Shown piece by piece: positions 29,086 to 38,317 of a stretch of 64,000 nt of DNA. Numbering within the stretch: the first letter of the stretch is position 1; each line of letters opens with the position of its first letter. Source of the stretch: Leptospira sp. (GTDB taxonomy: Bacteria; Spirochaetota; Leptospiria; Leptospirales; Leptospiraceae); contig JAFIGA010000189.1 of NCBI GenBank assembly GCA_020831715.1, forward strand, positions 11,853-75,852, read 5' to 3'. A program made the position numbers and the translations under genes. The notes under the pieces are model-generated. The model was not told where the DNA came from, did not search any database, and saw nothing but the letters and a program-made list of their open reading frames with translations.

Positions 29086-29853
29086 ATGTCAAAAGAATTT
29101 GAAGGAAAAGTAGCACTTGTAACAGGAGCAGCATCACCTATTGGTTTAGGTAGAGCAATTGCGAATCGACTTGCCTCGGAAGGAGCTAATCTTGTTGTTG
29201 TGGATTTGAACCAAGATGCAATTGATAAAGCCGCTCAAGAATTGGAAAAAGAATATGGAATTAAAGCTATAGGCATTGCATGCAATGTGACAAAACCGGA
29301 TGACTGTGATGCAGCTATCGGAAAAGTAAAAGAAGCTTTCGGAAGACTTGATATTTTAGTAAATAATGCCGGAGTTTTAAAAGACAATCTTGTTATGAGA
29401 ATGTCGGAAGCTGATTTTGATTTTGTTATGGATGTGAACTGTAAAGGTGTTTTCTTAATGACAAAATCAGCTACAAAATTGATTCTCAAATCCACGGATG
29501 GTCGTATTGTAAATATTTCATCTGTTTCCGGACTAACCGGTCAACCGGGTCAAGCTAATTATTCAGCATCTAAAGCAGGAGTGATTGCACTGACTAAAGT
29601 TTTTGCCAGAGAATTTTCCGGAAGAAATGTTTTAGTAAATGCAGTATGCCCCGGATTTATAAAAACAGAAATGACTGGGACTCTATCGGAAGAGGTTCAG
29701 AAGAAACTAACCGATCCATCTTTCATTCCTCTAAAAAGACCCGGTAAACAAGAAGAAGTAGCAGCAACTGTTAGATTTTTTTGTTCCAAGGATTCAGCTT
29801 ATATCACCGGAACTTATTTGAGAGTTGATGGTGGTGCAGCGATAGGTATGTAA
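29086..29853 (+). CDS. fabG: 3-oxoacyl-[ACP] reductase (SDR)
   Basis: [18 protein letters not shown] and YSASKAG (YxxxK). ATG at 29086 with AAAGGA upstream is preferred over the TTG at 28999. Confidence 0.8.
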   Translation: MSKEFEGKVALVTGAASPIGLGRAIANRLASEGANLVVVDLNQDAIDKAAQELEKEYGIKAIGIACNVTKPDDCDAAIGKVKEAFGRLDILVNNAGVLKDNLVMRMSEADFDFVMDVNCKGVFLMTKSATKLILKSTDGRIVNISSVSGLTGQPGQANYSASKAGVIALTKVFAREFSGRNVLVNAVCPGFIKTEMTGTLSEEVQKKLTDPSFIPLKRPGKQEEVAATVRFFCSKDSAYITGTYLRVDGGAAIGM

Positions 29854-29868
29854 ATCCGTTTCCATGAA

Positions 29869-29902
29869 CGCCAAGAATGTTATTTATTATCAATTCTTGG
29901 CG
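29869..29902. terminator. 10-bp stem hairpin between convergent fabG and M23 genes
   Basis: cgccaagaat - 14 nt loop - attcttggcg. No clear T tract follows, and the right arm overlaps the last codons of the M23 gene. Confidence 0.3.
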
Positions 29903-31893
29903 CTGGCAACCCTTCCGCCACCCACTTCATAATTAAAAACTTTAGTATCCGATCGATTCCCAACTCGGTCGAACACTGTTATTTCCAACTTATGCTTACC
30001 TGGCTGAAATATATTCTCCGGTTCAACAATTGTTACTATGTTCTTTCTATGATTGAATTCACCAACAGCAGGTTCACCGTCAACAGTCACCTGCACTCCG
30101 TTTTGATCGAAGCCTGAGCCTTCATCTTCCAATTTCCACATAATTTCAAAATTCGAATTAGCGAATTTATGTCCATCTAGATAACCACCTACTAACTCTA
30201 AAGTAGGTGCAATCTCATCTTTCAATACGGCAAAAGTTCCTGTCCTTTTCATTCTAACTTTGAAAAATTTACCCCAGGAACTTAAAGAGGCACCCTTGAC
30301 CGGTTGAACCTTTCCATCAGGAAATATTTCAAAAAGTCCAACTTTACTCACATCAGTTTTATATCCTAACTTTACATAAAGATCATATCCCAAATTGAAT
30401 TCCCGAAATTCTTCCGGTGTGATTTGATATATTTTAGATTCCAAAGTCAATCCGGGGATATTCAACTCTCTGTTAGGAATTTCATTGATTTCAAATTTTC
30501 CCATAGTGTAAACAGAATTCGCAGGAAAAAACAATTCTAATGTCTTATCAGAAGAACTAAGACTCGTATATTCTGTTCGTTTCACATTGTAAACATAGAT
30601 TGGAGTTTCTATATGAGAGTAATCAGCGGTATCTCGAATTGGATTGATATAAATTTCAGAATATTGATTACCAAGTCCTCCTCCCATAATCACCAATTCA
30701 TTGAGTGCGTTTAGATTCAGGCTGCCTGATGAAATTAATCCTGACCCCTGCATAGTATTCCCCAATCCGGGAATGGAATTTCCTTCTCGTGTAAACAGAT
30801 TGTACAAAAATGGATCACCATTTGTTTTACTCTTATAAGCATCATAGACCAAAACAAATTTTTTAGTTTGACTCTTGGGAAGTTCTCTAAAATTTATATC
30901 CAACAACTTATTACCATTCAAAACCATAGAAATATGTTGTAGACCTAAACGACTATTATTCGACTTTTGGTGACCGTCTATTTGAATTGAGACCAATCCT
31001 TGAATAGTAATCTCTCCGACTTCGGAATCTACTTTATAACTACTCTCTTCTTTTACCAGCTTAACAGTAAGTGACTCATGCTTTCCGTTGATAAAACTTC
31101 TGGAAGATTCAGGCTTAAAAGTTATATGTTTAAAAATAACCTCTTCTCCATCTTCTCTTCCAATACCATAATCTCTGGGATTATAGTAAATACCGTCCTT
31201 GAATAATTCAAAATGCAAATGAGGAGGACCGATCCCCGTATCACCGGAATAGGCGATGATTTCACCTTTTTCCACGTCTATTGGATTTTCCATCTCGTAA
31301 GTAAAATCCCTTCTGGATTGAAATGTTTTAGCTACACTGGATTTTTTTAATTCTTTAACTATCTTGGGTGAAAAGCGTGATAAATGACCGTACCTTGCTT
31401 GCTTGCCATCGGCATGTTCGACAATTACCGCATTGCCAATACTATACCAGTATCTCTGAATCTTAACGATCTTACCTTTGCTAACCGACACAATAGGAAG
31501 ACCTCGACGACCTCCTGTGCTAAAATCCATTCCCATATGGAAATGTGTAGATCTATATTCACCGAATGTTCCTGTTACAGCACGAATTCCCACTACCGGC
31601 CAAGCATAATCTTCTGAGAATGAAATGGTCTTGGATGCAATCGGTGTCGAAGATGGATTTGGGGAAACAACTTCAGAATTGAGAGTAGATGCAAGAAGCC
31701 ACGATATGATAAAATACAAAATGATAGAAAATATATTATGTCTTCTCAAGAATATCCAAGCCTTTCCTTGATCTAGTAATCTTATTATCGGCAAATTAGG
31801 AAAGGGAATTTTTGATTCGCAGTAATTTTTCTTAAGTTCTGTATCTTTTTCTACTCTACTTCGTGGTTTCCTTCCTCGGGACCCTACTTCCAC
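29890..31893 (-). CDS. M23 (LytM-type) metallopeptidase, membrane-anchored, large C-terminal beta-rich region
   Basis: Zinc-ligand motifs HFHMGMDF and GPPHLHFEL. One N-terminal TM (IFSIILYFIISWLLAS). The GTG start at 31893 lies inside a GC-rich repeat, so the true start is probably downstream, for example the TTG at 31749. Confidence 0.8.
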   Translation of the reverse strand: MEVGSRGRKPRSRVEKDTELKKNYCESKIPFPNLPIIRLLDQGKAWIFLRRHNIFSIILYFIISWLLASTLNSEVVSPNPSSTPIASKTISFSEDYAWPVVGIRAVTGTFGEYRSTHFHMGMDFSTGGRRGLPIVSVSKGKIVKIQRYWYSIGNAVIVEHADGKQARYGHLSRFSPKIVKELKKSSVAKTFQSRRDFTYEMENPIDVEKGEIIAYSGDTGIGPPHLHFELFKDGIYYNPRDYGIGREDGEEVIFKHITFKPESSRSFINGKHESLTVKLVKEESSYKVDSEVGEITIQGLVSIQIDGHQKSNNSRLGLQHISMVLNGNKLLDINFRELPKSQTKKFVLVYDAYKSKTNGDPFLYNLFTREGNSIPGLGNTMQGSGLISSGSLNLNALNELVIMGGGLGNQYSEIYINPIRDTADYSHIETPIYVYNVKRTEYTSLSSSDKTLELFFPANSVYTMGKFEINEIPNRELNIPGLTLESKIYQITPEEFREFNLGYDLYVKLGYKTDVSKVGLFEIFPDGKVQPVKGASLSSWGKFFKVRMKRTGTFAVLKDEIAPTLELVGGYLDGHKFANSNFEIMWKLEDEGSGFDQNGVQVTVDGEPAVGEFNHRKNIVTIVEPENIFQPGKHKLEITVFDRVGNRSDTKVFNYEVGGGRVASAKN

Positions 31894-31920
31894 CTCTGCG
31901 ACCTCAGCGTGCTCTGCGAG
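31862..31920. repeat. GC-rich modular repeat, copy C
   Basis: cgtggtttccttcctcgggaccctacttc + cacctctgcgacctcagcgtgctctgcgag. Both modules recur at 62779-62845. Confidence 0.8.
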
Positions 31921-31936
31921 AGAATTCTCTTATCTT

Positions 31937-32785
31937 CTATTTCCCACCACCCATTACATCATCCGTTCCCTTAGTCAGATAGTAGGCACCAATGATAGGA
32001 ATGAAAGTCAGCAATACTATGAATACGGCAACAACATTGGTAACCGGTCTCTGTCGGGGGCGAATCAACTCGGTCAACATCCAAATGGGTAGAGTGGTTT
32101 GTTGGCCTGCGGCAAATGTTGTCACAATCACTTCATCAAAAGAAAGGGCAAATGCAAGCATACCACCCGCAAGCAATGCCGTGGCGATATTGGGAAGAAT
32201 GATATGTCGAAAAGTCAACAAGCTATTTGCCCCAAGATCCATAGAAGCCTCTACCTGAGATGCAGAAGATCTTCGAAATCTTGCGAGAACATTATTGTAA
32301 ACAGTCACAATACAAAATGTAGCATGAGCAATCACAATGGTGTAGAAACTAAAAGGAATTTCAAATAGAGAAAATGCCGATCTAAGGGAAATACCTGTAA
32401 TGATACCGGGTAAAGCAATGGGAAGGATCACAGCAAAGGAAATAATTTCTTTCCCAAAGAATTTCGCCTTATGAACTGCCGCCGCCGCCAAGGTTCCCAA
32501 TATGAGAGCAACCAAAGTGGAGATTGCGGCTACTTCCGCAGAGAGTTGGATCGCCTTCCAGATGTCATTTCTTTCGAAGGCAACAGCAAACCATTTCATC
32601 GTATAACCGGGAGGTGGAAACTGATAGGATTTTTCTTCGGTTGTAAAGGCATAGAGAAAGATAAAAAATATAGGAATGTGCAAGAATAGAAAACCAAAGA
32701 TTGTAAAAAATTTCAATCCGAAACTTGCCTTCTTACCGACTTGATTCTTTTTAAAGCGCATTGAAAGCCCCCAGTCTGCGGGCAA
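31937..32785 (-). CDS. polyamine ABC transporter permease (PotI/PotC-like)
   Basis: Six-TM MetI-type permease with an EAA-like loop EASMDLGANSLLTFRHIILP. An alternative ATG at 32761 would reduce the overlap with the upstream gene. Confidence 0.8.
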   Translation of the reverse strand: MPADWGLSMRFKKNQVGKKASFGLKFFTIFGFLFLHIPIFFIFLYAFTTEEKSYQFPPPGYTMKWFAVAFERNDIWKAIQLSAEVAAISTLVALILGTLAAAAVHKAKFFGKEIISFAVILPIALPGIITGISLRSAFSLFEIPFSFYTIVIAHATFCIVTVYNNVLARFRRSSASQVEASMDLGANSLLTFRHIILPNIATALLAGGMLAFALSFDEVIVTTFAAGQQTTLPIWMLTELIRPRQRPVTNVVAVFIVLLTFIPIIGAYYLTKGTDDVMGGGK

Positions 32786-33665
32786 CCCAAAGGTAAATTG
32801 CCATTATGAATATCGGGATGATAGAGAAGGCAGCCGCCAAAGGAATATTACCTGCTGTTCCTTGGTGAGAATAAACTGCTTGCCCAATATAAATTACAGA
32901 AGGACCGATAATTCCCGGAATGATATAGTCTCCCAAAGTCAGGGAGAATGTAAATATGGAACCGGCAACCACACCAGGGAATGCTAGGGGAAATATCACT
33001 TTCCAAAATGTAATCCTTGGATGCCCCCCTAAATCACTGCTAGCTTCCATAAATGTTTTTGGGATTCTTTCCAGAGAAGCCTGAATCGGCATAATCATAA
33101 ATGGCAACCAAATATATAAAAATACAAGAAATGTTCCAAAATAGGATATAGATAAAGAAGGCCCTCCCAACACGGGCGTACTCAACAAAGATTCCAACAA
33201 CCAAGTCATGCCAATTTTTGCAAAAAGCCAACTTACAACACCTTCTTTTGCTAAGAGAAGTTTCCATGCATAGACTCGAACCAAATAACTCGACCATAAA
33301 GGAAGCATGATTCCCAGATACAACCAAGGTTTCATGGCCTTACTTGCATAATGCGACATATAGTATGCGATCGGAAATGCAATCAAACCGGCACCCAATG
33401 TAACAACTCCTGCCATGGTAGCAGTCCGCAAAACAATATCAAAGTTCGTTCGAGTGAATAAATCTCCATAAGTCTGAAGAGAGAATTCTTTTACAACAAG
33501 CCCGGTATACCCATCTATGTAGAAAAAACTCTGCAAAAGAAGAGTAATCAAAGAACCAAAATAGATGATACCCAGCCATAAAACAGGAGGAATCAAAATC
33601 AATACTATGAAGAGTTTATTTCGAAAGAAAAGAAAGTTGGAAATTCTTTGGCTAAGTGCAATCAT
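32751..33665 (-). CDS. polyamine ABC transporter permease (PotH/PotB-like)
   Basis: MetI-type permease with an EAA loop EASSDLGGHPRITFWKVIFP. Confidence 0.8.
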   Translation of the reverse strand: MIALSQRISNFLFFRNKLFIVLILIPPVLWLGIIYFGSLITLLLQSFFYIDGYTGLVVKEFSLQTYGDLFTRTNFDIVLRTATMAGVVTLGAGLIAFPIAYYMSHYASKAMKPWLYLGIMLPLWSSYLVRVYAWKLLLAKEGVVSWLFAKIGMTWLLESLLSTPVLGGPSLSISYFGTFLVFLYIWLPFMIMPIQASLERIPKTFMEASSDLGGHPRITFWKVIFPLAFPGVVAGSIFTFSLTLGDYIIPGIIGPSVIYIGQAVYSHQGTAGNIPLAAAFSIIPIFIMAIYLWVARRLGAFNAL

Positions 33666-33674
33666 AAATTTATT

Positions 33675-34730
33675 CTACCCTATGAGTTCCCGGCAGTCAC
33701 CGAGACTCCAAGACAACTTAACTTTACTGCCTCTTTGGAATTCGGAAATGTATTTCTGAGAGTTCGGAATTACCGAAATAATCTTGAGCCCGGAATTACT
33801 CTTGGCTTCAATTTTAGTATTGGAACCGGAATAAACCAATTCTTCAATTTCACATTCCAATTTAATATCAGATGAGTTTGCCGATTCATCATTTGTCCCC
33901 AACGGCTGAATTCCGATTTTTTCCGGACGAATCAAATAAGTCTTATCAGATCCTAGAAGTTCTTGAGCTTCTTTTCCGGACAAAATATTTGAAAGTCCAA
34001 CAAAGTTTGCAACAAATTCCGTATTAGGCTTCTCGTATATCTCGTAAGGTGTACCAATCTGTTCTACTTTTCCTTGGCTGAAAACGGCAATTCTATCACT
34101 CATGGAAAGAGCTTCTTCTTGGTCATGAGTTACAAAAACAAAAGTAATTCCTACTTTTCGCTGCAACTGCTTCAGTTCAATCTGCATCTGCTCTCTTAGC
34201 TTTAAATCCAAAGCACCCAAAGGTTCGTCCAACAAAAGAACTCGAGGCTTATTGATCAGTGCTCTTGCTAGAGCCACTCGTTGTCTCTGACCACCCGATA
34301 GTTGGGAGGGTCTTCGATCATACACATCAGGCAAACGAATCAAATCCAACATTTCCAAGGCTTGCTTTTTTCGCTCAGCCTTGGGAATTTTTTTAATCAT
34401 CAAACCGTATTCCACATTTTCCCCAACAGACATATGAGGAAATAATGCGTAATCTTGAAAAACAGTATTCACGTCTCTCTCATACGGCGGGAGTTTTCCG
34501 GCATCTTTACCATGAATCTTCACAGTTCCGCTAGTGGGCTGTTCGAATCCGGCAATCATCCTTAGGCAAGTTGTCTTACCTGAACCGGAGGGCCCCAACA
34601 TGGAAAAAAACTCGCCCTCTCTAATAGAAAAGCTCACCTGATCCACTGCTTTTACATCACCAAAATGGCAGGATATACTTTGGAATTCTACTGCTGATGC
34701 AGATTGTTCGGTTTGATTCGTTTGGCTCAT
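33675..34730 (-). CDS. polyamine ABC transporter ATP-binding protein (PotG/PotA-like)
   Basis: Walker [11 protein letters not shown]-loop, signature [15 protein letters not shown], Walker [12 protein letters not shown], and a C-terminal TOBE-like regulatory domain. Confidence 0.9.
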   Translation of the reverse strand: MSQTNQTEQSASAVEFQSISCHFGDVKAVDQVSFSIREGEFFSMLGPSGSGKTTCLRMIAGFEQPTSGTVKIHGKDAGKLPPYERDVNTVFQDYALFPHMSVGENVEYGLMIKKIPKAERKKQALEMLDLIRLPDVYDRRPSQLSGGQRQRVALARALINKPRVLLLDEPLGALDLKLREQMQIELKQLQRKVGITFVFVTHDQEEALSMSDRIAVFSQGKVEQIGTPYEIYEKPNTEFVANFVGLSNILSGKEAQELLGSDKTYLIRPEKIGIQPLGTNDESANSSDIKLECEIEELVYSGSNTKIEAKSNSGLKIISVIPNSQKYISEFQRGSKVKLSWSLGDCRELIG

Positions 34731-34785
34731 GAAATGTCCTAAATATAAATTATAACGCTCAACAATAGTTAAATGTTATTTAAAA

Positions 34786-34815
34786 AAGCCCTCCATCAAA
34801 ACTGATAAAGGGCTT
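34786..34815 (-). terminator. intra-operon hairpin (attenuating terminator candidate) after the binding-protein gene
   Basis: The minus strand reads aagccct-16 nt loop-agggctt followed by a T run, located between the SBP stop and the ATPase start. Confidence 0.35.
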
Positions 34816-34824
34816 AAATATAAA

Positions 34825-35988
34825 TTATCTACCGCTAATAATTGAAATCATCTCGGTTACCCATCTGTGATAAGGAACGCAAGTTTTCTTTCCCCCATCA
34901 CATTTGGACTCGGGAGTTCTCCAGAACCAGATTTTCTCGAAGTTGTCTAGACCATTAGTCTTACAACCTTCGTCTGTTAGTAGAGCATTTCCTTTACAAG
35001 CTTCTAGGTTAGCAGGAACTGAACCAAACCAAGCCGCGAGGTCGCCTTGTAATTTTGGCTGAATAGAATGTTCTATCCATTTATAAGCACAGTTAGGATG
35101 CTCCGAATTTACATGAAGCATTGTTGTATCTGCCCAACCGGTTGCGCCTTCTACAGGAACTGTAGAGGCAATAGGTGCTTTTCCGGCTCTAAGAAGATTT
35201 ACTTGGAAAGGCCAAGCTGAAGAAGCAACAAACCCTTCATTCTTGAAATCATCAATCTGAACAAAGGCGTCATGCCAATACTTAGGAACAATTTTTCTTT
35301 GTTTTCTTAAAAGGTCTGCCGCAGCTTTAAATTGTTTTTCATCCAACTCATATGGATTAGTAATGCCTAGAGATTTATCATTATGCATTAGAAACATTGC
35401 CGCATCTGCAATGTAGATCGGTCCATCAAAAGCTTGAACACGGTTCTTGTTGGTCTTACCGTCAGGAAGATTCATTTCCTTGAAAACAACTTCCCAAGAT
35501 TTAGGAGCGGACTTAAAAACCTTAGTATTATACATCAATACATTGGCTCCCCATTGGTAAGGAACACCGTATTTCTTTCCGTCAACTACATACCATGGAG
35601 CTTCTTTGAGGCGATCATCTACCTTGTCCCAACTAGGAATCAAGCTAGTGTTGATTTCTTGAACTTTTCCGCCTCTGATCAAACGAAGCGATGCATCCCC
35701 AGATGCTGTAACTAGGTCAAAACCGCCTTCGTTCATCAAGGCAACCATTTCGTCCGAAGTAGCCGCAGTCTTTACAGTTACTTTGCAACCGGTTTCTTTT
35801 TCGAAACTTGTTACCCAGTCAAATGCTTTATCGGTATCTCCTCTCTCGATGTATCCAGGCCATGCAACAATGGATACTTCTCCTTCACCGGATCCGATGG
35901 ATGTGATTTTTTCTCCCGGCTTCTTTTCTCCGCAATTGGCAGAGAAAGCGATGATGCCGGAGAGAAGAATAATGGAAATTGCTTTCAT
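34825..35988 (-). CDS. polyamine (putrescine/spermidine)-type ABC substrate-binding lipoprotein (PotF/PotD-like)
   Basis: GGGAGA Shine-Dalgarno, signal peptide with lipobox IAFSANC, and family-1 solute-binding pattern (VSIVAWPGY .. GFDLVTASGD .. PYQWGANVLMYN). The gene order SBP-ATPase-permease-permease equals potFGHI. Confidence 0.75.
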   Translation of the reverse strand: MKAISIILLSGIIAFSANCGEKKPGEKITSIGSGEGEVSIVAWPGYIERGDTDKAFDWVTSFEKETGCKVTVKTAATSDEMVALMNEGGFDLVTASGDASLRLIRGGKVQEINTSLIPSWDKVDDRLKEAPWYVVDGKKYGVPYQWGANVLMYNTKVFKSAPKSWEVVFKEMNLPDGKTNKNRVQAFDGPIYIADAAMFLMHNDKSLGITNPYELDEKQFKAAADLLRKQRKIVPKYWHDAFVQIDDFKNEGFVASSAWPFQVNLLRAGKAPIASTVPVEGATGWADTTMLHVNSEHPNCAYKWIEHSIQPKLQGDLAAWFGSVPANLEACKGNALLTDEGCKTNGLDNFEKIWFWRTPESKCDGGKKTCVPYHRWVTEMISIISGR

Positions 35989-36089
35989 TCTATTTTCTCC
36001 CGTTCTTATTAGAATCGATCTACATTACCACCTTAGACAGATGGGCAAAATCTTTTCAAGAGATAAAATAAAAAAATAGAAAAATTTTC

Positions 36090-36105
36090 AATCAATCGAT
36101 TGATT
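36090..36105. promoter_or_regulatory. perfect 16-bp palindrome, candidate TetR operator
   Basis: AATCAATCGATTGATT equals its own reverse complement. It lies in the 139-bp divergent region between the transporter operon and the TetR gene. Confidence 0.55.
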
Positions 36106-36127
36106 TAAAAGTCTACTATGTAATAAG

Positions 36128-36799
36128 ATGGACAAAATGGATGTTTTAGATACAGAAAGCTCAGTAGTTACAATGAATGAAAAGATAGTTGAGGTCGCCA
36201 AAAAACTATTTGCGGAGCGAGGCTATCAAGCTGTGTCCACTCGCGAAATCGCGGAATACCTGGGAATCAATATATCTACTTTCCATTACCACACCGGAGG
36301 AAAGGGAAATCTTTATAAATCTGTAATTGAGAGTGTTTACAAAAGGGAACTGGAAGTGATCCATGAACCTATATTTGCTTTTGATGATTGCGATTTTGGT
36401 GACAGAGTCAAAGTGCGCGATGCTCTTTTTAAGGCATTGGATGGGTTTTTTGACCAGATGCTTACCGATCCACATAGACCTCATCTCTATGTAAGAAGAT
36501 GGTTGGAATGGCCGGATGAATTCATGGATCAGGAAGTAAAGAACACATTAGAGACTTTTCTTCCATTCAAGGAGTTCCTGGACAAAGCCCAATCAGCCGG
36601 AACGATTCGCAATGTAAATCCATCTATTTTTATTCGATCTTTTCTCTGGATGGTGTATGGATATTTCATCACCGGTATAATCGATTGGAAGTCATGGGTA
36701 TCGGAACCATTTAAGAAAAAAAACATGTCCGCATTCAAGGATTATATCCGAGATTATGTTGATTCGATGCTTTTTAGAGAAGAAAAAATACAACTATAA
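36128..36799 (+). CDS. TetR family transcriptional regulator
   Basis: N-terminal HTH (ERGYQAVSTREIAEYLGINISTFHYHTGGKGNLY), followed by a helical ligand domain. It is divergent from the transporter operon. Confidence 0.85.
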   Translation: MDKMDVLDTESSVVTMNEKIVEVAKKLFAERGYQAVSTREIAEYLGINISTFHYHTGGKGNLYKSVIESVYKRELEVIHEPIFAFDDCDFGDRVKVRDALFKALDGFFDQMLTDPHRPHLYVRRWLEWPDEFMDQEVKNTLETFLPFKEFLDKAQSAGTIRNVNPSIFIRSFLWMVYGYFITGIIDWKSWVSEPFKKKNMSAFKDYIRDYVDSMLFREEKIQL

Positions 36800-36824
36800 C
36801 CATATAAACAACGAGGAGAATACA

Positions 36825-38291
36825 ATGAAAGAATACAAAATGTTAATTGGCGGAGAATGGGTATCGGCTAAGTCCGGTCAGACTAGAGATGTAACCGACC
36901 CGGCTAGTGGAGAACTATTGGCAAAAGTTCCCGAGGCGAATGCTGACGATGCAAAACTCGCTATTGCCGCCGCAAGAAAGGCATTCGATGAGGGTCCCTG
37001 GAGATCTACTCCTGCACTCGAAAGAGGCAAGCTTTTATTTAAAGTATCCAAAGCAATCATGGACAACTTCGATAAATTCGTTGAGATGGAAGTTCGTGAC
37101 TGTGGAAAGCCCCGTAGAGAAGCCGAGTTTGATGTAGGAGATGCGGCAAATTGCTTCGAATACTACGGCGGACTCGCAACAAAAATCCATGGACAGACGA
37201 TGAACACACCGGACGGTTCTGTTTCTTTAATTGTTCGTGAACCTATAGGTGTATGTGGACAGATTGTTCCTTGGAACTATCCACTCCTTATGTCCACCTG
37301 GAAACTTGCCCCGGCACTGGCGGCTGGAAACTGCGTGATCCTCAAACCATCCGAACTCACGCCTATGTCAGCACTCGAACTGGGTCAGATATTCATGGAC
37401 GCCGGATTTCCACCGGGTGTTGTGAACATCATTACAGGTCCGGGAGCGGGTGCCGGAGAAGAGCTCGCCACCAATCCAAAAGTAGACAAAGTTGCTTTTA
37501 CAGGTGGAACGGTTACCGGTAAAAAGGTAATGCAAAACGCCACCAATAATATCAAGAACGTAACATTAGAGTTAGGCGGGAAGAATCCTGTTATCGTTTT
37601 CGATGATTGCAATTTTGACTCGGCAGTGGACTGGACACTTTTTGCCGCATTTGCCAACCAAGGAGAGGTATGTTCCGCAGGTTCGCGATTACTGGTTCAG
37701 AAGTCCATTCATAGAAAATTTGTAGATGAACTGGTAAAACGTGTTCCTCGTATCAAGCTCGGTCATGGATTGAATGAAGGTGTTGTTATGGGGCCATTGG
37801 TATCTGCCGCTCACCGAGATAAGGTTGAATCTTATATTAAAATTGGAATTGATGAAGGTGCAAAACTCCTCTGCGGTGGCAAACGTCCGGAAGGAAAAGA
37901 ATTCGAGAAAGGCAATTTTGTTGAACCTACAATCTTCGATGATGTGAAGCCTTCCATGAGAATTGCTCGTGAAGAAATCTTCGGACCTGTTCTTTCTGTA
38001 ATTCCATTTGAAACAGAGGAAGAAGCAATTGCCCTTGCCAATGATTCAGAATATGGTCTTGCCGCGGGAGTATTTACTTCCAATATCACAAGAGGTCACC
38101 GTGTGATCGGTAAAATTCGTGCAGGTATCACTTGGATCAACAACTACCACCCAACATACAACGAAATGCCTTGGGGCGGATACAAACAGTCCGGTATTGG
38201 TAGAGAGTTGGGTCTATTTGGAATTGAAGCTTATCTGGAAACCAAACAGATCAACATTTGGTTGGATGACAATCCTGTAGGTTGGTACTAA
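36825..38291 (+). CDS. NAD(P)-dependent aldehyde dehydrogenase (aminobutyraldehyde/betaine-aldehyde dehydrogenase-like)
   Basis: ATG at 36825 with an AGGAG Shine-Dalgarno; the ORF-track start at 36756 overlaps the TetR gene. MKEYKMLIGGEW, catalytic LELGGKNP and GEVCSAGSR, EEIFGPV. Confidence 0.85.
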   Translation: MKEYKMLIGGEWVSAKSGQTRDVTDPASGELLAKVPEANADDAKLAIAAARKAFDEGPWRSTPALERGKLLFKVSKAIMDNFDKFVEMEVRDCGKPRREAEFDVGDAANCFEYYGGLATKIHGQTMNTPDGSVSLIVREPIGVCGQIVPWNYPLLMSTWKLAPALAAGNCVILKPSELTPMSALELGQIFMDAGFPPGVVNIITGPGAGAGEELATNPKVDKVAFTGGTVTGKKVMQNATNNIKNVTLELGGKNPVIVFDDCNFDSAVDWTLFAAFANQGEVCSAGSRLLVQKSIHRKFVDELVKRVPRIKLGHGLNEGVVMGPLVSAAHRDKVESYIKIGIDEGAKLLCGGKRPEGKEFEKGNFVEPTIFDDVKPSMRIAREEIFGPVLSVIPFETEEEAIALANDSEYGLAAGVFTSNITRGHRVIGKIRAGITWINNYHPTYNEMPWGGYKQSGIGRELGLFGIEAYLETKQINIWLDDNPVGWY

Positions 38292-38317
38292 GAGACCAAC
38301 AAGGAATCGAAAAATCT

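Noticed and set aside
36756-36824. ORF-track N-terminal extension of the first aldehyde dehydrogenase
   Set aside because: It overlaps the end of the TetR gene. The ATG at 36825 has an AGGAG Shine-Dalgarno and gives the usual MKEYKMLIGGEW start.
36878-38089. Multiple 60-90-aa ORFs in alternative frames of the aldehyde dehydrogenase gene, and similar ones inside the gabT-like gene, the second dehydrogenase gene, the DegT gene and ligA
   Set aside because: Most lie in the relatively GC-rich genes, where stop codons are rarer, or antisense to long genes. All are nested in strongly supported genes and lack motifs.
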